Positions 49,345 through 57,426 are shown, counted from the stretch's first letter. The stretch is DNA of 64,000 nucleotides from an uncultured Eubacteriales bacterium (GCA_900547745.1 URHT01000005.1:18838-82837), one strand, 5' to 3'. Made by a program: numbers and translations. The notes: a model not told the origin generated them from the sequence alone.

Positions 49345-49367
49345 ACCCGGGCGTTCCCTCATACGAT
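49338..49367 (+). promoter_or_regulatory. putative sigma-E sporulation promoter of yabPQ
   Basis: GTCATA...CATACGAT resembles the sigE consensus, upstream of yabP. Confidence 0.55.
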
Positions 49368-49402
49368 ACAGTGAAAACTGTGTGGGAGGGAGCGCTTTTC
49401 TG

Positions 49403-49690
49403 ATGCCTTACGACATGACCGACGGCGGCGCAGCCGCCTATCACCGCCTCCAGCTGGAGGGGCGGGAGAAGCTGAGCGTCTCCGGCGTGGAGGACGTGGT
49501 GCGGTTCGACGAGAACTGCATCGTCACCACCACCAGCGCCGGCACGCTCATTATCACCGGGGAGGAGCTGCACATCGGCAAGCTGTCTCTGGACGGCGGC
49601 GAGATGCAGGTAGACGGCCGCATCGACGCCGTGAACTACGAGGACACGGAGGTGCGGCAGGGCTCGTTCCTGTCCCGCCTGTTCGGCTGA
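49403..49690 (+). CDS. yabP: sporulation protein YabP
   Basis: HRLQLEGREKLSVSGVEDVVRFDE ... SFLSRLFG. Confidence 0.92.
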   Translation: MPYDMTDGGAAAYHRLQLEGREKLSVSGVEDVVRFDENCIVTTTSAGTLIITGEELHIGKLSLDGGEMQVDGRIDAVNYEDTEVRQGSFLSRLFG

Positions 49691-49691
49691 C

Positions 49692-50372
49692 ATGGAGAAC
49701 CATGTGCCCCAGCAGCTCACGGCCTACCTCACCGCCGCCGCGCTGGGGGCCGCCTCTGCCATGGTCTACGACCTGCTACGCACCGTGCGGCTCCGCCGCC
49801 GCCGCGACCGGCAGCTCACCGGCCTGCTGGACGGCCTGTATATCGCCGTGCTGGGTTTTCTGCTGCTGTGGTTCGCCCTGCGCATCGGGCAGGGGGAGCT
49901 GCGGCTGTATATGCTCACCGGCGTGGCGCTGGGTGCGTTGCTGTATAGCCTGACGCTGCCGCCGCTGCTGCGGCCCCTGTGGGACTTTTGGCTGGACGCG
50001 GCGGTGGCGCTGTGCCGTCTGCTGTGCCGTCCGGCGGCGCTGGCGGCCCGCTGGCTGAAAAAAGCCGCCGCTTTCCTGAAAAAACACTTTTCTTTTCGCC
50101 GCACCTGCGCTACAATAAAAGACAGCAAGCGGCCCCGGCGGCCGCGGAAGGGAGCGGACAGCCATGGCACAGAAAAAGACCCGCAAAAAGAGATCCAACA
50201 CCGTACTGCTGCTGGTGCTGGCCGTCCTCATCGTGGTGGTGGGCATGGAGATCGTCAACGTCTACGGACGCCTGAGGGATGTCCGGGCGCAGGAAGCGGC
50301 GCTGACCCAGCAGATGGAGGAAAAAACGCAGGAGAACGAGGCGCTGCGCTCCGACCTGAGCAAGAAGGATGA
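49692..50372 (+). CDS. yabQ: spore cortex protein YabQ (frame extends into divIC)
   Basis: YDLLR, GELRLY..G..LG motif; conserved synteny; the 3' end is uncertain. Confidence 0.75.
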   Translation: MENHVPQQLTAYLTAAALGAASAMVYDLLRTVRLRRRRDRQLTGLLDGLYIAVLGFLLLWFALRIGQGELRLYMLTGVALGALLYSLTLPPLLRPLWDFWLDAAVALCRLLCRPAALAARWLKKAAAFLKKHFSFRRTCATIKDSKRPRRPRKGADSHGTEKDPQKEIQHRTAAGAGRPHRGGGHGDRQRLRTPEGCPGAGSGADPADGGKNAGERGAALRPEQEG

Positions 50373-50457
50373 CCCCGACTTCATCAAGGGACTGGCCCGC
50401 GACCTGCTGGGACTGGCCGAGGAGGGCGAGCGCATCTTCTACGATGTCAACGACTGA
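50164..50457 (+). CDS. divIC: septum formation initiator DivIC/FtsB family
   Basis: Basic N-terminus, TM, coiled coil, ARDLLGLAEEGERIF. Confidence 0.88.
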   Translation: MAQKKTRKKRSNTVLLLVLAVLIVVVGMEIVNVYGRLRDVRAQEAALTQQMEEKTQENEALRSDLSKKDDPDFIKGLARDLLGLAEEGERIFYDVND

Positions 50458-50481
50458 TACGGAATTGGTACGCCTATACAG

Positions 50482-50506
50482 CGCCCCGCCTTGCGGCGGG
50501 GCGTTT
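50482..50506 (+). terminator. terminator after divIC
   Basis: CGCCCCGCC TTGC GGCGGGGCG TTT. Confidence 0.7.
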
Positions 50507-50509
50507 CTG

Positions 50510-50538
50510 TTGCCATTTTCCCGCCCGTATGTTATACT
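50510..50538 (+). promoter_or_regulatory. sigma-A promoter of the radical SAM operon
   Basis: TTGCCA-17-TATACT with extended -10 TG; AAAGGAGG RBS follows. Confidence 0.75.
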
Positions 50539-50563
50539 GGCGGCAACGAAAGGAGGAACGCCT

Positions 50564-51949
50564 ATGCCTACGTTTCTGGAACAGCGCTACCGCCGGCAGC
50601 ACCTGCGCTGCGTGCGGCACATCACGCTGGATCCCAAGGGCCGGGGCGCCGTCCGCATCCACATGATCCCGCCCCGGGAGGATGCGCCGTCCGCGCCGTT
50701 CCTGCTGCTGCTCAACGGCGACAAGCTGGTGCCGCTGAATCTGTCATGGGCCATTCTGCTGGCCAACTTCATGGACAGGCTGGAGCCCTTCGCCGGTCTG
50801 GAGATCGGCGAGTCCGACTGGCGTGCCATGGCGGACGCCGCCGTGGCCGCGACCCATAAAACCTATCCCTTTACCAAAAAGACCGATCTGGCCGACGATC
50901 TGGCCCTGATGCTCACCTCGCTGGTGGCCATCGCCCAGGGACGGGAGCCGGAGGCGGAGGTGGGCGTCCTCTCGCTGGGTGAATATGCCTCCCAGATGAC
51001 CGCGCCCCACCGCATGGATCTGATGGTCAGCGCCATGCACCGTGACGGCGCGTGGCACTGCAACCAGAAGTGCCTGCATTGCTACGCCGCCGGTCAGTCG
51101 CTGGCCGACGCGCCGGAGCTGACCACCCAGCAGTGGCTGGATATCCTCCGCCGCCTGCAGGCCGCCAATATCCCGCAGGTGACGTTCACCGGCGGCGAGC
51201 CCACCCTCCGGGCCGATCTGGCGGAGCTGGTGGACGCGGCCCAGTGGTTCGTCACCCGCCTGAACACCAACGGCCAGCTGCTGACCCCGGAGCTGTGCGC
51301 CAAGCTGTACGACGCCAGCCTTGACAGCGTGCAGGTCACGCTGTACAGCGCCGACCCCGCCGTTCACAACGCACTGGTGGGGACGGACGGCTTTGAAAAA
51401 ACGGTGCAGGGCATCCGGAACGCCGTGGAGGCGGGGCTCATCGTGTCGGTGAACACGCCGCTGTGCAGCCTGAACACCGACTACGCCGCCACCCTGCGCT
51501 TCGCCGCCGGTCTGGGCGTGCGCTACGCTACCTGCTCCGGCCTGATCCCCTCCGGCAGCGCCGAGGGGGCGGAGAGCCGCGCCACCCGCCTGACGGAGCA
51601 GGGGCTGACGGACGTGCTGCGCGCCGCCGCCTCCGCGGTGGAGGAGCTGGGCATGGAGCTGGACTTCACCAGCCCCGGCTGGCTGCCGGAGGAGACGCTC
51701 TACGCCTTGGGCCTGCACCTGATCCCCAGCTGCGGGGCCTGCCTCTCCAACATGGCCGTCGCCCCGGACGGCAGCGTTATCCCCTGCCAGAGCTGGCTCA
51801 GCAGCGCCTCTCTGGGCAATATACTCACCGACGACTGGAGCGCCATCTGGAACAGCCAGCGCTGCGCCGCCATCCGGGTGGAGAGCGCGAAGATGGCGCA
51901 TATCTGTCAGCTGCGCACCGGCAACAGGGAGGAGGGGGCCACATGCTGA
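50564..51949 (+). CDS. radical SAM protein with RRE/PqqD-like N-terminus and SPASM/Twitch-like C-terminus
   Basis: CNQKCLHCY (51059-51082), FTGGEPTLR, LNTNG, SCGAC..APDGSVIPCQ..LGNI..IWNS. Confidence 0.9.
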   Translation: MPTFLEQRYRRQHLRCVRHITLDPKGRGAVRIHMIPPREDAPSAPFLLLLNGDKLVPLNLSWAILLANFMDRLEPFAGLEIGESDWRAMADAAVAATHKTYPFTKKTDLADDLALMLTSLVAIAQGREPEAEVGVLSLGEYASQMTAPHRMDLMVSAMHRDGAWHCNQKCLHCYAAGQSLADAPELTTQQWLDILRRLQAANIPQVTFTGGEPTLRADLAELVDAAQWFVTRLNTNGQLLTPELCAKLYDASLDSVQVTLYSADPAVHNALVGTDGFEKTVQGIRNAVEAGLIVSVNTPLCSLNTDYAATLRFAAGLGVRYATCSGLIPSGSAEGAESRATRLTEQGLTDVLRAAASAVEELGMELDFTSPGWLPEETLYALGLHLIPSCGACLSNMAVAPDGSVIPCQSWLSSASLGNILTDDWSAIWNSQRCAAIRVESAKMAHICQLRTGNREEGATC

Positions 51950-53037
51950 AAAAACTGCATATCCTGCTGCTGACCCTGCTGACGGCGCTGTGCTGTACCG
52001 TCACCGCGTGGGCGGACTACGACTATATCAACGACTACAGCGTGAGCGTCCAGCCCAACACCGACGACGGCAGCCTGAACATCACCGTCTCCCTGACGTG
52101 GACGGCGCTGGAGGAGCTGCCCTACGGACAGGAGCTGAAGATCGGCGTGCCCAACGGCTCCATCCGGGAGGAGACGGCCCTGACGGACAACATCGAGCGC
52201 CTGTCCTTCGACAACAGCTACATGTACGTCTATCTGGACCGCGCCTACAAGAAAAACGAGACGTTTACTTTCTCCTACTCGTGGGTGCAGGCGTATATGT
52301 ATGGGCTGGACGGCGACACCGTGACCTACGACTACACCCCCGGCTGGTTCGACGAGGCCAAGATGGGGGCCATGACCCTGACGTGGCACGACCCCGCCGG
52401 TCTGACCGGCGACTTCAGCGAGGGGACAGTTTCCGGCGCGGACAGTGTGACGGTGGCGGATGGACTGACCATCACCGCCTCCGACCAGTCCTACGGCTAC
52501 AAGATGAACGTGAAGGTGCGCTACACCGACTGGCCCACGGCCCTGTCTCCGGAGAACAGCATCGGCAGCCAACCCGACAACAGTGGATACGACGACTGGT
52601 ACGACGAGGACGAGGACACAGGCATGGCTGCCCTGTTCCTGACGCTGATCATCACCATCTTCATCGTTTGGGTGGTGGTGCGGATCCTCCGGAAGCTGGG
52701 CGGTGGCTACGCCGGCGGCTTCGGCACCCGCTATGTGTTCGTCAACCATCTCTGGTACCCCGCCGGGCCTGACGGCAAGCCCCGTCCCGGCAGCGTGGGC
52801 ACCAAGACGCGGCCCCGCCCGCCCCGCAGCGGCGGTGGCGGCTTCGGCGGCGGCAGCCGCGGCGGCGGATTTGGCGGCGGCGGATTTGGCGGCGGCGGGC
52901 ACTGCGCCTGCGCCAGCAGCTGCGCCTGTGCCTGTGCCTGCGCCTGCGCCGGCGGCGGCCGCGCGGGCTGCTCGGCCAAAAATCTCTACGGCGCGGTGCG
53001 GCTGGACAAGGCGCTTGCCGAGAAACTGGATACCTGA
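51943..53037 (+). CDS. signal-peptide single-pass membrane protein (DUF2207-like ectodomain) with Gly-rich/Cys-Ala-repeat tail
   Basis: MLKKLHILLL...AWA signal, acidic beta-rich domain, TM MAALFLTLIITIFIVWVVV, tail GGGFGG...HCACASSCACACACACAGGGRAGC; GGAGG RBS; 7-nt overlap with the rSAM stop. Confidence 0.85.
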   Translation: MLKKLHILLLTLLTALCCTVTAWADYDYINDYSVSVQPNTDDGSLNITVSLTWTALEELPYGQELKIGVPNGSIREETALTDNIERLSFDNSYMYVYLDRAYKKNETFTFSYSWVQAYMYGLDGDTVTYDYTPGWFDEAKMGAMTLTWHDPAGLTGDFSEGTVSGADSVTVADGLTITASDQSYGYKMNVKVRYTDWPTALSPENSIGSQPDNSGYDDWYDEDEDTGMAALFLTLIITIFIVWVVVRILRKLGGGYAGGFGTRYVFVNHLWYPAGPDGKPRPGSVGTKTRPRPPRSGGGGFGGGSRGGGFGGGGFGGGGHCACASSCACACACACAGGGRAGCSAKNLYGAVRLDKALAEKLDT

Positions 53038-53042
53038 AACAG

Positions 53043-53072
53043 GAGGGACGGCGCCCTGCCGTCTCTCTTTTT
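53043..53072 (+). terminator. terminator of the radical SAM operon
   Basis: GAGGGACGGC...GCCGTCTCTC TTTTT. Confidence 0.8.
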
Positions 53073-53075
53073 CAC

Positions 53076-53136
53076 AAAAAAGGAGCCGCCCTGCAAGCAG
53101 AGCGGCCCAAGCGGGTGGGATATTGGAAAGCTTCCT
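53076..53136 (-). ncRNA. candidate ~60-nt small RNA
   Basis: Minus-strand TTTACA-17-TACTAT(AAT) promoter (53170-53142) and terminator GGGCCGCUCUG-CUUG-CAGGGCGGCUC-CUUUUUU, with no ORF start or RBS in between. Confidence 0.55.
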
Positions 53137-53374
53137 CTATTATAGTAACGCAAGCCCGTCCCCGTGTAAATAGGAGGTTTTGCCGCATTTCCGCGACTTT
53201 TCGGACATCCTGTCGAATCTGCCCAAATTGCAAACACTTTGTGAAGTTTTCACAAATTCTCTCAAAACCGCTTTTCAAACCTACTGCGATTTGCTATAAT
53301 ACGGGCAAGGATAAAGGGAAACGGCTCCCCGACCCTGCTCTGTGTTTACCGCACTGACGAAAGGAGCAAGTACT

Positions 53375-53914
53375 ATGAAGTTCACATTCGCCTGCAAGAA
53401 AATCTCCCTCAACGACTCCATCAAGGAATACGCGGAAAAGAAGATCAGCAAGCTGGACAAGTATTTTCCGGAGGAGGCAGACGCCTTTGTGACCTTTGCC
53501 GTGGAGAAGAAGAACCGCTGCGTGGTGGAGCTGACCATCCGCAGCACCAACGGCACGTTGTTCCGCGCCCAGACGGAGGATCCCGACGGCGATATGCGCG
53601 GCGCTATTGACGAGGCTGTCAGCCTCATCGACCGCCGCATCCGCAAGAACAAGACGCGGTTGGCCAAGAACCTGCGGGCCGACGCCCTTGTCTCCTCCGT
53701 TCCCGCAGAGTTCGACGTGGTGGAGGACAACGACTTCGACATCATCCGCACCAAGCGCTTTGCTGTCAAGCCCATGACCACGGATGAGGCCATCCTGCAG
53801 ATGAACCTGCTGGATCACTCCTTCTATGTATTCCGCCGCATTGATGACAACGCCATCTGCGTGGTGTACCACCGCAACAACGGCGGCTACGGACTGATTG
53901 AAACAGCGGAGTGA
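53375..53914 (+). CDS. hpf: ribosome hibernation promoting factor (long HPF)
   Basis: YAEKKISKLDKYF, RIRKNKTRL, KPMTTDEAILQMNLLDHSF, GGYGLIE; TGcTATAAT upstream. Confidence 0.95.
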   Translation: MKFTFACKKISLNDSIKEYAEKKISKLDKYFPEEADAFVTFAVEKKNRCVVELTIRSTNGTLFRAQTEDPDGDMRGAIDEAVSLIDRRIRKNKTRLAKNLRADALVSSVPAEFDVVEDNDFDIIRTKRFAVKPMTTDEAILQMNLLDHSFYVFRRIDDNAICVVYHRNNGGYGLIETAE

Positions 53915-54016
53915 CCGTTTGATACAATTCCAGAGGGGGCGGCGGTGCCGCCCCCTTTTTCCTTGCAAGAGGCGCCGTTATCCCCCATAATAGAGAAAAC
54001 GAAGGGAGGCTTTTTC

Positions 54017-55204
54017 TTGAATCTGCTCCATCTCTGGTATCGTGCCTACCAGTGCGTTTTCGGTGCGGGCGCCCGGCTGCTGCCGTGGCGCTGGTCGGAG
54101 ACGGTGGTCGGCCCCGGCAGCCTTGCCCGCGTCCCGTCCCTGCTGACGGAGTACGGCGTCCGCCGCCCGCTGGTGGCGGCCAGCCGCCGCCAGTGCGCCG
54201 ATCCCGCCTTCCGGCAGATGCTGGCGCAGCTGGAGAGCTATGTCCTGTTCTCCGATATCCGGCCGAACCCGCCGGCGTCCGCCGTGGAGGCCGCCGCCGC
54301 GCTGTACCGCCGTGAGGGCTGCGACAGTCTGGTGGCCGTGGGCGGCGGCAGTCCCATGGACACCGCCAAGGCCGCGGCGGCGCTGGTGGCCCGCCCCGGT
54401 AAGACCCTGCCCCAGCTGGCCGGGCTTCTGAAGGTGCGCCGCCGCATCCCGCCCCTCATCGCCGTACCCACCACCGCCGGCACCGGCTCGGAGACCACCA
54501 TCGCCGCCGTGGTCACCGGCCCTGACCACCACAAGTACGCCGTCAGCGACCTGTGCCTGATCCCCCGCTGCGCCGTGCTGGATCCGCTGCTCACCGTGTC
54601 CCTGCCGCCGCAGACCACCGCCGAAACGGGCATGGATGCCCTGACCCACGCGGTGGAGGCCTACCTCAGCCGCTTTTACCCCACCCGCGAGACGAACCGT
54701 CTGGCGGAGGAAGCCGTTGTCACCATCTTCCAAACGCTGGAGCGCGCCTGCGCCCACGGTGAGGACGTGGACGCCCGGCAGGCGCTGCTCACCGCCTCCT
54801 ATCAGGCCGGCGCGGCCTTTACCCGTGCCAGCGTGGGCAACGTCCACGCCATCGCCCACACGCTGGGCGGCCTGTACGGCGTGGGCCACGGTCTTGCCAA
54901 CGCGGTGCTGCTGCCCGTGATCCTCCGAGACTACGGCACGGCGGCGCACCGGCGGCTGTCCCGTCTGGCGGAGCTGGTGGGACTGTCCGGCGACACCGAG
55001 GCGGCCAGAGCCAACGCCTTTATCGACGCCATTCTGGCCATGAATGCCCGTTTGGGTATCCCCACCGGCTTCACCTGCATCCGGGAGGCGGATCTGCCCC
55101 GTATGGCGGCGTGGGCGGCGGCGGAGGCCAACCCCACCTACCCCGTGCCGGTGATCTACGACCGCGGCCGTTTTATCCGCGTCATCCGGCAGGTCATGCA
55201 GTAA
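54017..55204 (+). CDS. iron-containing alcohol dehydrogenase
   Basis: GGGSPMD, PTTAGTGSE, DALTHAVE, HAIAH..GH; TTG start after GGGAGG. Confidence 0.92.
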   Translation: MNLLHLWYRAYQCVFGAGARLLPWRWSETVVGPGSLARVPSLLTEYGVRRPLVAASRRQCADPAFRQMLAQLESYVLFSDIRPNPPASAVEAAAALYRREGCDSLVAVGGGSPMDTAKAAAALVARPGKTLPQLAGLLKVRRRIPPLIAVPTTAGTGSETTIAAVVTGPDHHKYAVSDLCLIPRCAVLDPLLTVSLPPQTTAETGMDALTHAVEAYLSRFYPTRETNRLAEEAVVTIFQTLERACAHGEDVDARQALLTASYQAGAAFTRASVGNVHAIAHTLGGLYGVGHGLANAVLLPVILRDYGTAAHRRLSRLAELVGLSGDTEAARANAFIDAILAMNARLGIPTGFTCIREADLPRMAAWAAAEANPTYPVPVIYDRGRFIRVIRQVMQ

Positions 55205-55216
55205 CATATAAATAAC

Positions 55217-55250
55217 AGGAAGCCGGACGCCAAGGGCGTCCGGCTTCCTG
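55217..55250. terminator. hairpin between convergent ADH and small-protein genes
   Basis: CAGGAAGCCGGACGCC...GGCGTCCGGCTTCCTG. Confidence 0.75.
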
Positions 55251-55281
55251 CTATGGTAGAGAGAAAAGTGAAAGTGTGATG

Positions 55282-55467
55282 TCAGAACAAAGTACACAGC
55301 AGGTTCAGCTCCGCCACGAACCACACCGGAAGCAGCATGGCACACACGCGGACGACCGGGGTGATGTTCCCCGTCAGCAGGCACGCCATAGTATAGATGA
55401 TAATGGCGGTGACGACCACCGCGGCGATAGCCAGCAGGGAAACAGTGGAAGATTTGGTTTTTGTCAT
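55282..55467 (-). CDS. small (61 aa) two-TM membrane protein
   Basis: AAGAAAGGAG RBS, two hydrophobic segments; divergent from a LysR gene. Confidence 0.6.
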   Translation of the reverse strand: MTKTKSSTVSLLAIAAVVVTAIIIYTMACLLTGNITPVVRVCAMLLPVWFVAELNLLCTLF

Positions 55468-55548
55468 AGGGAACAACTCCTTTCTTAATTGTGAGGTCAT
55501 CATAGCACCAAAAGTTATGCTTGTAAAATTGATTATTGACGTGTATAA

Positions 55549-55565
55549 TATAGACTAAATCTATA
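55549..55565. promoter_or_regulatory. LysR-type binding site
   Basis: TATAGA-CTAAA-TCTATA (ATAG-N7-CTAT; T-N11-A) in the divergent intergenic region. Confidence 0.7.
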
Positions 55566-55579
55566 ATTGGAGGACGTGC

Positions 55580-56479
55580 ATGACCACCCTGGATATTGAA
55601 ACTTTCTTCGCTGTGCTGGATCACGGCACCATGACGGCAGCGGCAGAAGCGCTGTTCATTACCCAGCCCACCCTGACGGCCCGAATACAGGCGCTGGAGG
55701 CGGAGGTGGGTGCGGCGCTGTTCCGGCGCGGCAAGGGGCAGCGCCACATCACCTTAACGGAGGCCGGGCAGCGCTTTCTGCCGCTGGCCCGCCGGTGGCA
55801 GAATCTATTGAAAGAGACGCAGACCTTTTCCTCCGTGGAGCGGCGGGAGTTTCTGCACATCATCGCCGTCTACACCGCCAATCAGTATATCCTGCCGCCG
55901 GTGTATCAGCGCTTTCTGGAGCGGGGGCTGCCGGTATCCCTGTGGGTGGAATCGATGCGCATCTATGAGACGGTGGCGGCCGTGGCGCGGGGCGACGCAG
56001 ACATGGCCATCGTAGACGGCGACCTGCACTACGACCTGCAGATCGAGGCCCGCCCCCTGTTCCGGGAGTCCTTCTTTCTGGTGGTGCCGATGGATCTGGC
56101 GCTGCCGGACACGGTACATCCCTCCATGCTCCGGGTGGAGGATGAGATACTCGTCTCCGGCCAGCCGGAGATCCTCCAGTGGCACGACTGCTGGTACGGC
56201 ATGGACGCCCGCCCGCTGCTGTATACCGATATTCCCCAGCTGGCGGAGACGCTGCCCTCCTGCGGGCGGCGCTGGGTCATCTGTCCCGCCGCAGCGGCGG
56301 GCCATTCCGTCCGCCAGTTCCCCACCATCCGTTCCCTGCGCCTGACCGACGCCCCCGCCGACCGCACGTTCTATCTGGTGACGCCCAAGGGCCGCCCCCT
56401 TTCCGATGCCTCGGAGCAGCTGCTGGCCGATCTCCGGGCCCACCTCCGCACGGTGGACGGCATCCACCTGTTCGAGTGA
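55580..56479 (+). CDS. LysR family transcriptional regulator
   Basis: AAAEALFITQPTLTARIQALE..LF.R..LTEAG; 299 aa. Confidence 0.95.
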   Translation: MTTLDIETFFAVLDHGTMTAAAEALFITQPTLTARIQALEAEVGAALFRRGKGQRHITLTEAGQRFLPLARRWQNLLKETQTFSSVERREFLHIIAVYTANQYILPPVYQRFLERGLPVSLWVESMRIYETVAAVARGDADMAIVDGDLHYDLQIEARPLFRESFFLVVPMDLALPDTVHPSMLRVEDEILVSGQPEILQWHDCWYGMDARPLLYTDIPQLAETLPSCGRRWVICPAAAAGHSVRQFPTIRSLRLTDAPADRTFYLVTPKGRPLSDASEQLLADLRAHLRTVDGIHLFE

Positions 56480-56487
56480 CTGCCCAT

Positions 56488-56523
56488 AAAAAACGTCCGC
56501 GCACACCGTGCGCGGACGTTTTT
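56488..56523. terminator. bidirectional terminator
   Basis: AAAAACGTCCGCGCAC ACC GTGCGCGGACGTTTTT. Confidence 0.85.
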
Positions 56524-56544
56524 ACCTTGTCCTTTGCGATCGCC

Positions 56545-57426
56545 TTACTCGAATAGTCCCACCTGTTCCGGTAGGTCGCCCCGGCCGATGGCCTGCAGCT
56601 GCTGGGCATTCTCGGCGGTGAGGGCGTCGCTGATGGCCATTTTCCGGATGATGTTCTTCACAGTGCTGTCCAGCCCGGTGCCCTCTCGGTAGTCGGCGGG
56701 AAAGATGAAGTCCACCCGTCCCTTGCTCAGCAGATCCTCCACACCGGCGCGGTTGCCGGCCTGATACACGGCGATGGCCTGCCCGCCGTAGGCACGCATC
56801 ATCTTCATGCACGGCACGTCGGAAAGGCCGTCCCCCACATAGATCATGTTGGTGAAGGGGATGCGCTTGCTATCGTCGGGCATGGAGTCGTTCAGCGTCT
56901 TGTCGTCGGACACATCCAGCACGCCCTTGTTGATGCGGTAGACGAACTGGGTCTTGTTGGTGAAGTTGACATCCAGCTTGGGCCATGTGGCCAGTCCCTC
57001 GCGGTCGTAGAAGAACTCGCAGGCGTAGATCTCCTGGAACTCGTGGGCGATGCCGCTGCCCTCGATGATCTCCCGCAGACCGGAGGAGATGACATAGTGC
57101 TCGATGGTGACGCCCTGCGTCTCCCCGAAGTCGTTGATGCGGCGGAACCACTCCCGCACGCCGGGGAACAGCTCCATGCTGTGGCCGCAGCGCACCAGAA
57201 ACTCCCGGTCGAGCCGTTTGCTCTGGGCGCGGCACTCCTCGATCATGGTGTACATATAGGCCAGCAGGCCGTCCATCCGATTGTCCCGCCCGAAGGTGTT
57301 GGCCTTGGCCCAGAACTCCGCCGGGGTGTAACCCAGCGCCGGGATAAAGGCGTAGTCCTCCATGTCGGTGGTGCACAGCGTCTTGTCGAAATCGTACAGC
57401 AGCGCGATAATGGGTCTGTCCGTCAT
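56545..57426 (-). CDS. HAD-like hydrolase
   Basis: YDFDKTL, ISSG, KTQF, YVGDGLSD. Confidence 0.88.
   Translation of the reverse strand: MTDRPIIALLYDFDKTLCTTDMEDYAFIPALGYTPAEFWAKANTFGRDNRMDGLLAYMYTMIEECRAQSKRLDREFLVRCGHSMELFPGVREWFRRINDFGETQGVTIEHYVISSGLREIIEGSGIAHEFQEIYACEFFYDREGLATWPKLDVNFTNKTQFVYRINKGVLDVSDDKTLNDSMPDDSKRIPFTNMIYVGDGLSDVPCMKMMRAYGGQAIAVYQAGNRAGVEDLLSKGRVDFIFPADYREGTGLDSTVKNIIRKMAISDALTAENAQQLQAIGRGDLPEQVGLFE

Noticed and set aside
50369..51942. Long N-terminal extensions in the ORF track (rSAM from 50369, membrane protein from 51463; likewise U32 from 20817, hemZ from 44586)
   Set aside because: They overlap neighbouring real genes; downstream ATGs have clear RBS or translational coupling.
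52828..52960. GGC/TGCGCC repeats as a CRISPR array or contingency microsatellite
   Set aside because: In-frame codon repeats with synonymous variation, no spacers and no cas genes.
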